Shown piece by piece: positions 12,988-24,755 of a stretch of 64,000 bases of DNA. The position numbers and the translations under genes were made by a program. Position 1 is the first letter of the stretch, and each line of letters starts with the position of its first letter. The notes under the pieces are model-generated. The model did not search any database. It saw nothing but the letters and a program-made list of their open reading frames with translations, and was not told the DNA's origin. The stretch comes from Lama glama (taxonomy: Eukaryota): positions 99,636,001-99,700,000 of the forward strand of contig CM052816.1 of the NCBI GenBank assembly GCA_028534125.1. Reading direction: 5' to 3'.

Positions 12988-13207
12988 CTTTTTTTCAAAG
13001 CACAGCTGGCTTATGGTTTGTGTTCGTTTCTGGCACACAGCACAGTGGTTCTGTTACACATACACACACACACACATGTACATGTGTTCCTTTTCATATT
13101 CTTTTTCACTATACGCCATTACGAGGTATTGAATCCAGTTCCCTGTGCCGTACAGCAGGCCCTTGTTGTTTATCTGTTTATGTCTAGCAGTGTGTATCTG
13201 CAAATTT
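12988..13207 (-). mobile_element. Cetartiodactyl/camelid L1 3' end, 5'-truncated
   Basis: T-run followed by ...ttttcatattctttttcactata...attgaatccagttccctgtgc...gtatctgcaaat, collinear with 58330-58530. 'cagggac' is present on both flanks (possible target-site duplication). Confidence 0.85.
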
Positions 13208-14475
13208 CAGGGACACACTTTTAAGAAATATTTCTTCTTTTGACTTTCCCAATTTTTTATAACCAAGAACCACCCAAGGTAGTCTTACTAATAGTAGCTA
13301 GTCTGTAACAGAATGTGACGTCTAAGAATGGCCAGTGGGGAGACATGACACCCAGACTCAGGGCAGAGGATGGCTAGCGACGGGCCATGCGATGGACCCG
13401 GCCCGCCTTCTGCTGACAAATGATTCCTCTGCAAGACAATGCCGCTTTGCTCACGCGCACCCAAGACTCTCCCAGATCTTAATGAGGATTTCGTTCGTTC
13501 TGGGTAATCGATGTCTCGGTGGCCAAGCACCTGTGATCCAAGCCTACACCGAAGCCCTTTCTTCCGTCAGAGTTGGGGGTCAGTATAAAATGTTCAGGGG
13601 AGCGAGACTCCCTTCCTCTGGAAACACCTCCTCTGCCGCCCCGTGGGCTGCCGTCGATTTCAAAGACTTTTGTGGATTGATCTCAATAATCAAGCCATCT
13701 CTTGATTTTCCCCTTCACCAAGTGACTGGCATTGTCATATTTCACAAAATTGAATTCAGCTTTATGAAACATATGTTTAAAAGCTGTACACTTTCAATAA
13801 TTATGCTATAACATCCCTGTTTTTATGCAAAGCTAACTAGATATTGTCATATTAAAATAGCAAATCCAATTCATTTCTTATGAAACACGTGTTGGAAAAA
13901 AATAAAAGGAACACTTTAATTATTTCGGGAGTGTTCAGGCCAGCTCACCAGCCGACTGGATATTGCATTTGTTTAAAACTCAATCATGCAAAATGAAGAC
14001 TCGATTTGAAAAATTTTAATAAAGATAACCAGCCTATCATGCTATCATTTGAATGCTAATCGGGGCTCCCATTCAGCAGAGGGAGAGCGGTGTCAACTTC
14101 GCTGGAGGCTTTTTATTCCGCAATAAAAACATTTACATTCTAATGATTTTATTAAAGCTCCGAAGCTGTCAGCAGCCCCAGATGACTCCCTGGCAAACTG
14201 TATCAGTTATCAACTCATATTCCTTTATCAAAACCACCCAGTGGTGAGCCCGCGCCACAATGAGATGTCTGTGGCTCGCCAAGCCGGTATTTAATCATTT
14301 CTTCTCCAGCATTGTTCTGCTTACAGAGCATAAATAAGAGCTTCAAATAACCCCAGAGTGCTCCTGACAATGCAACAAAGTGCCGGCCCTATTTATCTTT
14401 CTCACATTCTTCAGGGACAATTTTCTCCCACACCCGCCCCACCTTTTATTTGCTTCTTGTTGCTGGCACTTAATT

Positions 14476-14513
14476 TCTTCTTCTTCTTCTTCTTCTTGTT
14501 TTTTTTTTTTTTT
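14476..14513. repeat. (CTT)n microsatellite plus poly-T
   Basis: ttcttcttcttcttcttcttcttgttttttttttttttt read directly. Confidence 0.9.
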
Positions 14514-14920
14514 AATTCATGACCCCATCATCATTCAACAGCGCTGAACAGCAGGGCTCAGGAGAGTGCCCGGGAGAGGTGACCCTGTTTGTGGCAGGAA
14601 GTGACAGGTTTGCGCCTGGGGGACCGCGGGAGTGGGGGCGCCGCCGGGCCGAGTGGGCCAGGGCCTTGGGGACAGGGCTGTCCTCTTTGTCTTTGTCACA
14701 CAGCAGAGACCTTCGGGTGGGAGAGAGGAAGGCGAGTAAGGGGCCCCGGGACCGTCGCCTGTGTCCCTTCACCAAAAAGGCCACGCGTATCCTGGCTGCG
14801 AACAACTTTCTTCCGTTTTCGTCTTTCTTTGGGCCTCTCTGTCTAAATCAGAAGCACTCACGTTGGAGGATGAATCAATCATGAGATCATCTTTTCATTC
14901 ATTCGAAAAGTATCCTCCCC

Positions 14921-15020
14921 NNNNNNNNNNNNNNNNNNNNNNNNNNNNNNNNNNNNNNNNNNNNNNNNNNNNNNNNNNNNNNNNNNNNNNNNNNNNNNNN
15001 NNNNNNNNNNNNNNNNNNNN
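14921..15020. other. Assembly gap (100 N)
   Basis: Run of exactly 100 N; the true size is unknown. Confidence 1.
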
Positions 15021-17942
15021 ACGCTTCTGCCCGGGCCTCCTGCCGCCTTCCCCTCCTCGCCGGACCTGGCCGGGCTGACTTGCCAGCCACGTGTTCTCAC
15101 CTGGGCCGCTGCGTGCACACCTGGTCTGCCCTCCGGGTGACTGGCGCCTCCGCCAGCCAGGGCCCAGGGCCCAACCCGGCTGGAGTCAGCATCCCGGCTC
15201 GCTCCTGGTGGTGATCGGGGCCTGTGGGAGGACGTCCCACCGACGTGCAGGATCTGACCATCTTGAATGGAGGAAGGAGTGCTGGAGACAAAAACGCTAG
15301 GTTTTCAGCAACAACAGTGCAAGCCTGGGAGGCAGAAGTGCAGGGGCCTTTTCTTCTGCTGTTGCAGCAAACATCCATTTCTTAGGGGACGTGGACTCAC
15401 GTGCAGTTACACAAAATCAAGTATCTACTGCAGTTAAACCTGTACCGCTTTTCAGGGGGCAGAAGCCGCAGAACCCACAGGAGGGCCTGCTGTGCCCACA
15501 GTTCATGTTTCCAGCATGACGTTAACAGTGGTGCTGGAGCTTCAAACAGTTACAGATACTCTGCAGGTTCTCCCGACCGTGGTCTAATCTCTGTGCTCAC
15601 GGAGGGTTGTACTGGACAAGGACAAAAATAATAAGTAAATAAAAGCCCATGAGAGTCTGTTTGCTGGCAGAACTGATACCTCATCGTTACCAAGATATCT
15701 AAATACACCGGGGCCTCCAGGCTGCCAGCGGGGAGATGGCAGGCAGAGAGGTGGGAGGCCCCGTCTGGGGAGGTGGTGCTGCTGGGGGCTGGCAGCTTGC
15801 TGACCCGTCCCCGTGAGCAGCCAGCCCATGTGGAAGTTCCCTCCTGGTGATGAGTTCTTGTTCTGCCTGCCTCAGCCCCGCTGGCATTTGAAATCTGGAC
15901 ATGAAAGTCATAGGACTTTTACATCCAACAAGTAAGAGATGCAAAGGGTCTTTGATGACTCAAGTCTTGGTGGAAGCAAAAGGGGTGACCTTGGCCGGAA
16001 CACCCGCCCCGCCTCCGGACTGGATCCCAGCTCTGCGCCTGCCGTGTTCTTGGACGCCCCTCCCCCTGGCCTGCCCTGACCCAGCATCCCCTCCAGTCCC
16101 TGTCACGGAGGGCAGTGGGGCACGTGCTGGATGGCCACACTAGGAGTCTTGGTGGGTCCCCGCCTCTCTCTCCTGCGCCGACGTGTGAAAGTCCGCCACT
16201 GACCCAGGGCATTGATGTCAACGGATTTAAATCTGGTGCCCGCTGGATGGGGCCACACAGAAGACCTGCTTCCTGGCTCCCCAGGGCCATCGTGGGGGGG
16301 TCCATCACCCCCTGACACTCTCTGATCTAGTCGTTTAGGGTTTCTGCACGTGGGGGCCTCCCTGAAGCCTGTGCTGTGGGGTCCATCGCCCAGCCTTGGG
16401 GTGATACTGCAGGTTGGAGAGGTAGTGACGGGGCGCCTCTCAGGGGCCACATGGGGATTTCAGCTGTGTGCCCTGCTCGGGTGTCTTCCTGTCCCCCAGG
16501 GCACAGTCTCCCCGTGGTAAAACAAGAGGACTCTTATGTGGAGGCGCCGATGTGACATACAGCTTTATGCACCAGAGAAACACCCCTGTTTGAAGGGACC
16601 CTGACTGGCAATTTGAGAGCATTCAGTCCTCGGTTTAGACTTGCAATCAGTCGCACGGTGAGCCCGTGGCTGGGTGGCCAAATATCACTAAACGAATGGA
16701 AAACAGCAGGCTTCCAGCAGCGGGTCACAGAGCGCGCCCAAGCTCCCTCCAGGCGAGCCCTCCCGCTGCTTGGAAAACACCGGCTCTATTTCTTTGTGGT
16801 CGCCCCCTATTTGGGCATCCTTTCTCAAATGCTTCATCTTCACAGTCCGGCGTTCAGTCTGGCCTTTTGTTACTGAAGCAGCATCGCTTTGCGTATGTCA
16901 GGACAGAGGATAAATGTCTGTGACCAGGCCGTTTGTTCTTTATGTATTTCTTTCAAGACTTCAAATGTCAGATCGCACTGAAAACGGATCTGCAAGCCTG
17001 GGCTGGAAAAGCCTTTGCATGTTCTAGCGCTATGCCTGTGCACAGTCTGAGATGATGCGTCCTGCCGCCTGGGATGGGGGATGGGCGGCGCTGGAGGTCG
17101 TCTGGGACCCGACATCGTCGACGAGAGGCGGCGATGCCTTGTAAATGGCTCAAGTGTGCTTCACCAAAGCGGGTAGTTTTTCAAAGAAGTGCATCTTGTA
17201 GTTTACAAATAGAGAATAAAAATGATTCTGGATACATGTTAGAGTGGACGTGTCTCCTGAGTGGCACAAATCTCAAGGACCGAAGACTGATGATGGGGCC
17301 GCCCCCTTCTCAGGATGAATCCGCCTACGGTCCATCTGTCATGTGTGCAAATGTTTCTTTTTCCCCGTGCCTGTCTGTTCGTCCATCCGTCTGTCACCTG
17401 TCTGTCTAGCTCATCCATCAGGTCCTCTTTAACTGACTTTTGTCAGACCACCTACGTCATCTCACTCAGGGCTGAGCACTGAACGGACTTCCCTCTTGAA
17501 GACTGTGGAACGGCTTGGAACTGGAGACGAGAAGTTTGAAGTTGGGAAACTTTTCAGTTCAAGAACAGAGAGTTCACTCACCCACTGGGGGTGCAGAATG
17601 TAGAATATCTACCAACTCATTCGTCTATGACCACATATAACCAACAGGAATATCAATTCATTGAAAATGAAAGGGCTCTTTTAAGATGCGATGACTATTA
17701 AATAATCGCACCTTTTTCTGTGGCCAGAGTTTGGGTGCCATTGGCAGGAGGTGGTGGAGGTCAGGAGGCGGACACAGAGAAAGGAAGGTGCATGTTAAAG
17801 TCACGGAGCAATTGCCCCACTGACGCTGGCCGGGCCCCTGCCCTAAGGAGGCCCAGGGCCAGGCAGCCTCTGGACCAGTTCCAGATCCTCAAGCACCCCG
17901 TTTGGGCTAGACTACCTCCTTTTAACTAATTAATTAACTTAC

Positions 17943-18333
17943 TTTTTCTCGAAGTGTAGTTGATTTACAATGTTGTGTTGGTTTTAGGTGTACAGCAAAG
18001 TGATTCAGTTATACATATACATTATTTTTCAGATTCTTTTTCATTATAGGTTATTACAAGCTATTGAATATAGTCCCCTGTGCTCTACAGCAGAAACTTG
18101 TTGTTTATCTATTTTATATACAGCAGTGTGTATCTGTAAATCCCAGACGCCTAATTTATCCTTCCCCCTCCCTCCCCTTTGGTAACCGTAAGTTTGTTTT
18201 CTATGCCTGTGAGTCTCTTTCTGTTTTGTAAATGAGTTCATTTGTATCTCTTTTTTTTTTTTAGATTCTACATATGAGAGATGTCATTGGTATTTGTCTT
18301 TCTCTGTCTGACTTACTTCACTCAGTATGACCA
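17943..18333 (-). mobile_element. Cetartiodactyl L1 3' UTR, 5'-truncated
   Basis: gaagtgtagttgatttacaatgttgtgttggttttaggtgtacagcaaagtgattcagtt...ggtaaccgtaagtttgttttctatg...gacttacttcactcag; collinear with 44050-44430. Confidence 0.92.
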
Positions 18334-18546
18334 TCTGAGCAGCGAGATGACCTCTGCTCACTGTGTGCAAACCCCCAACAGACCAACCCTTTCTCCTGGG
18401 AGGTCCTCGTCCTCCCCTCCATTCAGAGATGTGTCTTTATTTTTCGTTAATACGCTGACTGACATATTTTCATGGCTCAGCAATGTACTGACTTGTAAGA
18501 CAAGGCAAAGAGCCTTGTGAGTTGTTTCCTTAGCATGTCCAGTGCA

Positions 18547-18726
18547 ATAGGATGTGTGCGTGGAGCTGTAAGTGAAGTAGGATGTGTGGGTGGAGCTGTG
18601 AGCGTAGTAGGATGTGTGGGTGGAGCTGTGAGCATAGTAGGGTGTGTGCGGGTAGAGCTGTGAGCATAGTAGGGTGTGTGTAGGTGGAGCTGTGAGCATA
18701 GTAGGATGTGTGCAGGTCCAGCTGTA
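18547..18726. repeat. Minisatellite, about 6 copies of a 30-32 bp unit (tagtaggatgtgtgggtggagctgtgagca)
   Basis: Tandem units read directly; length variants arise in the internal (tg)n. Confidence 0.95.
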
Positions 18727-19145
18727 AATCTCACTTGCATTCCTCCAGCAGGTACTTACTGAGCATCTGTAATGTGCCGGAGTGAGTTTAGGTGATGGGA
18801 CATGACAGAAGAGAGAACAGGGCACTCCCTGCCCTCCCACACCCTCTGGCTCTGTGGTGGAGAGAGGCCGGCGGCACACACACTCACACACACACACGCA
18901 GTGCCGTGTGATGGGGTATGGTGTAATGCACAGACAATATGACATGGCTCAGCACATTGTTACGTGTAATACAGCCTAAAGTAACAGAGTGTCAAAAAGT
19001 AAATGATACGAGGAAACAGAGCAAGAGGAGAGAAATGGCCCCTCTAAGTCCTGGAGAGAGAGGACGCCCCATGCGCCCGATGCTCTCGGGGGAAAATGCT
19101 AGAAACGTCTGGACTCGATCCTTGGTGGAACCGAGTCGTAAACCC

Positions 19146-20070
19146 TGTGTCAGTCAGTGCTTTTCGCAGAAACAGAGCCAGCAAGGCACGTACGTAGAGA
19201 TACAGAGACAGACCTAAACACGCAGGCACGCGGGCAGTACAGAGAGGCAGGCGAAACCACCAATGAAAAATTAGTCAGTTGATCTAAGAAAGAAACGAAA
19301 AATTTTGTTCGAGCCACATTGAGGACTATAACCCAGAACAACCTCTCAGGGAGTTTGGAGAACTATTCTTCCTGTTAGAGGTCAAAGCACTGTCATCCAG
19401 GTTTTTGAGACTGATGGCTGTACAAAATGACACAGGGGGTCTGCACAATCCAGGGCCGTAGGTGCAGAGTAGGGGGTCATCCCGACCCCTTCCGAGACCA
19501 GGAAGGGACGCTGTCTTCTCAGCAGTTGTCTTGTTGATGCTGCTGTTCATGGCTGAGTGGGTGTTGGTGCGTAAGGCGGATGCACAGCGCACTGCGCAGG
19601 GGGAGGAGGCCGAGGGGTGGAGAAGGATTTGTATGTTTTAATTTTTCTTGCCTTGAAATAAAATGTGAATTTCATTTCACAACTCAGACATAGACATAGA
19701 CACAGATGCAGGTGAGACAGAGGCAGAGACAGGGAGAGAGGTGCAGACGGGCTTATCTTAAGGAGCCGGCTCTTGCAGCTGTGGGACCTGGCCAGCCTGA
19801 TGGCTGGAAGCTCAGGCAGAGTTTCTACGTGCCAGTCTTCAGGCAGAGTTCTTTCCTCTCCAGGAAAATTTAGTTTTTCTCTTAAGGTCTTCAACCAGTA
19901 GGAAAAGCACCCCCATGTTCAGGAGGGCCACCTTTTCACCTGAAAGCCAGCTGATTGTGGATGTGAATCACGTCCACAAAACACCTTCACAGCAACACCT
20001 GAGCTAGTGCTTGATTAAATCCCCAGGGAATGCAGCCCAGCCAAGCTGACACGCAGCGCAAACACCGCCG
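19146..20070 (-). mobile_element. MLT2 (ERVL) solo LTR split by an insertion at ~19250-19681
   Basis: The left end tgtgtcagtcagtgcttttcgcagaaacagagccagcaagg resembles MLT2 tgtattagtcagggttctccagagaaacagaaccaatagg. The right part aaacaccttcacagcaacacctgagctagtgcttga...cccagccaagctgacac resembles the reverse complement of the MLT2 5' end. Confidence 0.75.
19250..19681 (-). mobile_element. Probable ERV1-class solo LTR nested in MLT2
   Basis: A ~430-bp block interrupts the MLT2 simple-repeat tract. It ends in ...ttcatttcaca (TG start on the minus strand) and contains aagaaagaaacgaaaaattttgttcgagcc...gaggactataacccag, similar to recalled laurasiatherian ERV1 LTRs. The left boundary and target-site duplication are unresolved. 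Confidence 0.55.
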
Positions 20071-20531
20071 ATCCCAAACCCAGACCGCAGCCGGCACGGG
20101 GGCTTCCGGCGGCACGCTCACGCCAGCAGGTGAGAGCCGGCGAGGAGGAGGAGACCACCCGGCCCTGGGTGTGTGCCCGCCGCCCCAGGCCTGGGCCTGG
20201 GGGGGACATGGAGGCAGGTCTTTGAAGCCAGTGGCCAAAGGGTTCTCAGGGTAGGAAAGAAGAAGTTAAAACTGCTCCTTAATGGTATAAAAGGTGACTG
20301 TTTGGGCCTAAATGCAAAATGTATTTTCTGTATGTTTTGATGAAAATCTCTGAAACTCAGTAAATTCTATTATTTTTAACTGGAACTCTCTTGGTGTCAA
20401 GGGCTTCAGTATGACTTGTGGACTCAGAGTCATGTTGATCATTAGATTATCCTGTAACCTTGCATCACTCACTCATGACCTTGAGTCTCCGATCAGAACA
20501 CAAGAATGATAGCGCCCTGAGCACTCAGTCT

Positions 20532-21084
20532 AAAAATGTGGTCCATACACACGATGGAATATTATTCAACCTTAAAAAGGACGGGAAGGCTGCCATTTGC
20601 AACATGAATGAATCTAGTGGACATTGTGCTCAGTGAAATAAGTCAGTTACAGAAAGACGAGCAGTGCACGACCCCTCTTGTATGAGATGTCAAAAAGAGT
20701 GCAACATGGGGAAGCAGACCCAAGCATGCTGGCTGCCAGGGGCTGCTGTCCACAGGGATACGGTTACAGGGACGCGAGGCGGCTCAGCCCCGGAGGTCTT
20801 CAGCACAGCGTGGTGCCTGCGGCTAGCAATGAGCTCTTTAAAACGTACCGGTAGGACCTTCATTTTGTGCTCTTACCACAAGAATAAAGCACAACAAAAC
20901 AAAAAGGAACATAAGGAAACTCTCGGAGGTGATGGATACACCTGTTACCTTGGTTATGGTGACAATAGCACCACAGTTTGGCTCTATCCTGGATCCGAAC
21001 TCACCAAATTGTATACATTCATTCTGTGGAGTTTTCTGTATATCAATTATACCTTGATAAATCAGGAAGCAAAAAATAAATAAA
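20532..21084 (+). mobile_element. L1 3' end (L1MA10/L1MB1-like)
   Basis: aaaatgtggtccatacacacgatggaatattattcaaccttaaaaagg...aaggaaactctcggaggtgatggata...tatatcaattataccttgataaa, followed by an A-rich tail. Confidence 0.85.
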
Positions 21085-21439
21085 GTACATGGAGATGCAA
21101 ATAGAAAAATTAGAAAAGAAATGTAGGCTGCAGATACCTGGAGGGGATGGCAGTCCAGTTAGTCCCCCCATTCCTGGAGGAGTGGCCCTAATGGGCGTTG
21201 ATAGTAAAGCTGCGTCACCTTGGGGGCTGAATGTGTGTCCTGCCTTCATCGGTGTCTCTGAGGAACATATGCAAGTCCTTCCTCAAGCCTGTAAATTGCC
21301 TTTGGCCACTTGTGGGTCAAACAACTTAGGCTCTAAAAGCAACTTCAGAAACACAGGGTGGAGATGAGTTAACAGTGATAAATGCAAAGTTCCTGAGTCG
21401 AGTCCACTAGACCGCGCGTGCCTTTTCAACGTGATGAAC

Positions 21440-21560
21440 GTTGTCCCACCACCTACCATGTGCGAAGCGTGATGCTCAACCTCGGGGTGGGCAGTGAAAC
21501 AGACGACACAGCCCCGGCTACCCTGGAGGTTATGTCACAGGCAGAGCAGAGACGTTACAT
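21440..21560 (-). mobile_element. L2 3' end remnant
   Basis: cacctaccatgtgcgaagcgtgatgctcaacctcgggg...cagtgaaacagacgacacagccccggctaccctggaggttat resembles the antisense L2 3' end. Confidence 0.5.
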
Positions 21561-24500
21561 CACTGGACAAAAGCTGTGTAATTACAGTCAAGAAGCAGGT
21601 GGCCATTCCGTGCAGGACTTTGCATAGATGTGAACACTGAGCTGAAGACGGCAGGCAGGGTGCAGGTGCGACTAGGCACAGCACGAGAGATGAAAAGAGC
21701 TGTCTGGGCAAGCACAGCGGTAGAAACCTTAGGTGCGCACGCAACAGTCACGCCGGTTGGAAATGTCACAGAGCATCGCCCCTTTTCCCTCAGCGCAAAA
21801 CAAAGTAAAGTGGGTTTGGGTGGATATTCGTTCAAGAAGTCACTACTGAAAGTAGGTGCGGGCAGATCAGTGCACACTCAGAGAAGAGGACCTTGGATGT
21901 TTCCCAGGAGGAAGATGCTGCGGATACCGGTTGTATGTGCTCAGGGTGGAGCAGGGCACTTCCTGGTGGAGGAACTGAGACCTTTACACAGCTGGGTTCT
22001 CCAGGACGCAGCCATGGGACGTAATCTGGAGAGAGGACCCAGAGGAGGGGCCCGTGACAACAGCCTGCTTGGACTGAGGTCTCCCTGCCCGGACACCGTC
22101 CTAGGGAGGCAGACAACCAAGGACAAGATAGTCCCCTCCCTCCCACGACCTCTGTAAACCTCCACACGGACACACAGCAGAGATGGTGGCATCTGACCCC
22201 AGGGCAAGGAAGAGTCAAGACAGATGGGAGAGGTGCCTGCTGAAAGCTCTGTTTCCTTTGCACTTGAGTCTGTGGGTTGAGATTTGCCCCCACCCTACCT
22301 ACAAATGCAAGCAAGGGAGTGTTGCAGGTTTTACTGGGGCTCCAGGTCCCAAAGACATGAGATGATGTAGGTAAGAAAGATGAGATGCTACGGCTGTGAC
22401 CAGATTGTGATCCCCAGAAAAGCTCCATCAGCTCTTTGAACAGGAGCTTCTCCGGCTGCAGCCCACGGGACTCCTCTGCATTCAGGATTCCGGTTTCTCC
22501 TCTTTACCCCTCCAACCACCCTCCCCCCCCACCCTCCCCCTCCCTCCCAGATGGAGCCCAGGGGCCTGAATCGATCCCCACCCCCAACGCCCCTTCCCCG
22601 CATCTCTGAACAGAGTCACTGCGAGGCTTCGTGTGGGAAAGCAGAAGCAGGAACAGCCCCGCCTCCTCCAGGTGTCCCCGGCTTCTCGCCCTCTTCCCGG
22701 CTTGCTTTCAGTACACGAATCATTTATTCTTCTAATTTAATATTAATGGCTTCACGTTGTCTTTGGTCTTTCGAATAAACATGACTCAAGTCAACAGAAA
22801 ACAGCCCTGTTTCCAATTAGCCTTTGGGAAAGGAAGGTGTTCGTGGATGGCTAATGTCCGCCCACGAAGCTTGGAGCTTCTGTGTGGATTGGAGCCCTTG
22901 GTGGCGGCCGCAGGCCCACCCGACCTCTGCGGTCTCCCGCGTGGTGGGCTCGGCACCTGCAGGGCTGCGTCCTGACAGAGGCATTGGGCCTGGGAGCCCT
23001 GACTCTGGTCCATTCCTGCCTCCCTGCTATTCAGTAAAGACGTCTCGGAGGGAAGCACAATTTCGTAACATGAAGTAAATGTCAAAGTGGAAAAAATAAG
23101 TCTCATGCTCATGAATCATAGCCGGGAGCCTTAAAATCAGCATAAATCATTATTTTGGCAGGGAACTTCTTACAGCTTTGTGTGGTATCTTTTTTCTGTT
23201 GATAAAGTTGTCAGTATAAAATACGGACTATTTTTGTGAGATGAATACAATGGAGTTTAGAACCAGGGGCACCCACGGAGCCAGGGCGGTCCGCGCGCAG
23301 TTCCACGCGGGGCCGGGGGTGGCGCCCTTTCCCCGGCTCACGGGAGTTTACTGCTTTCGGGGGAAACGCCTTCAGGGCTCGTCTACGCTGAATACCCTAA
23401 GCTGGGTGCTAATTTCATGTGGATGAAAACGACCAAAAACAAGCCCACGGCAGAGACCTGGCACTCCTCGGGCCGGTGAGTCAGCAGCCAGAAGGGGCCC
23501 CCAGGAGGAAGGCAACTGCGAACCTCAGGGGGCAAGCAGAGGGAGCGTGCGCGCAGCCGCCCTCCTCCCCGTGTCCCTCAGACGCCCTGCCTCGGACGCC
23601 TGCCCGGAGGGGCTGCCGGCGCCGCCTCGGGTCCGGACACGGGGCTGCGGGCCTGCTCCCGCCCTTCCCCTGTGTGCGCGTCTGCGAGCGGCATGCACAC
23701 ACGTACACGTGTGTGTGCGTGTGCATGCACGTGCGCGGGCACACGGATGGGTAGCTGTGTGCACCTCGCGCGTCCACGGCCGCGTGTGCGTCCACAGGTG
23801 CACGTGCACACATACGTGAGCCGTGTGTGCCCCCGGGTGTGTGTGCCTTCAGTGTAGACGCTGTAAAGCTCCCAGAGGTCTCCGTCCGGAAGGCAGCAGG
23901 GGACCACACTCCTGTCCGGCAAACCCGGCCTCCCGCCTTCTTCCTTCTCCATCAGCAGCCCCCTTGCGCCCCCTTACTCCACGGTGCAGCTCCGGGCTGC
24001 TTGGCCTGGAAGCCTCAGAGCCCCTCCCGGGGGCTCTCGCTCATAATGTCGGCTTTTCTTGTAGAAGCACCCCGTTCCACACAGTCAGCGCCAGGTCCCT
24101 GCCGCAGTAAATCACGTCACCTCCCGACTCCGCCCTGTGCTCTCCGGGTGTGGCACTGCTCACGGAGCCCCCCTCCACCCGCGCCCTGAGCGCAGCCCTG
24201 CGCGGGACGCACCTTCCCTGCAGAGCATCCTGCGGTAGCGCGTCCCACTGCGTGATCTGCACTCTGCGCTGTGCAGCGCACTACTGATCAGGTGGCGACT
24301 GTAGTTTAGAATAATGTACTTTCTCTCATTTTCTCTCCTATATTCCCAACCGATGCACTGTTGCCGATTAACACCTGGTAACTGGACGAATCAATACCAA
24401 ATGAAAAGGCATTTTGATATCGAGTGACCAGATTAAAATCAAAGCAATTGGAACCTGAATCACGCCACAGATAGCGAGGAGATAACACGGGTATCAAGCC

Positions 24501-24594
24501 AACTTGCCGGGTGGGGGACCATAAGCACCAGAGTGGCTGTCACTCCATGTGTGGTTCATTCTGGCATCTTCTCCGGAAGCAGATCTGTGTAAAC

Positions 24595-24755
24595 GTGGTC
24601 TAGAGTTGAGCCTCTGTAACCAGCTGTCGAGTGACTCCACTCCAGCCCTGGCAGCGTGTGCCCTGAGACCGTCTCAGACCCCCTTCCAGCCTCGGTGTTG
24701 CCGTCTGTAAAATGTGCATAACAACATCGACTGCCTCGGAGCGGGTCATGAGCAG
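24595..24755 (+). mobile_element. MIR SINE (GC-drifted)
   Basis: gcctcggtgttgccgtctgtaaaatgtgcataacaaca resembles the MIR core gcctcagtttcctcatctgtaaaatggggataataata. Confidence 0.65.

Noticed and set aside
18358..18945. 195-aa ORF with a repeated HTSYYAHSST motif; the same array could be mistaken for CRISPR
   Set aside because: It is the translation of a 30-bp head-to-tail minisatellite with no unique spacers; the DNA is mammalian and has no cas genes.
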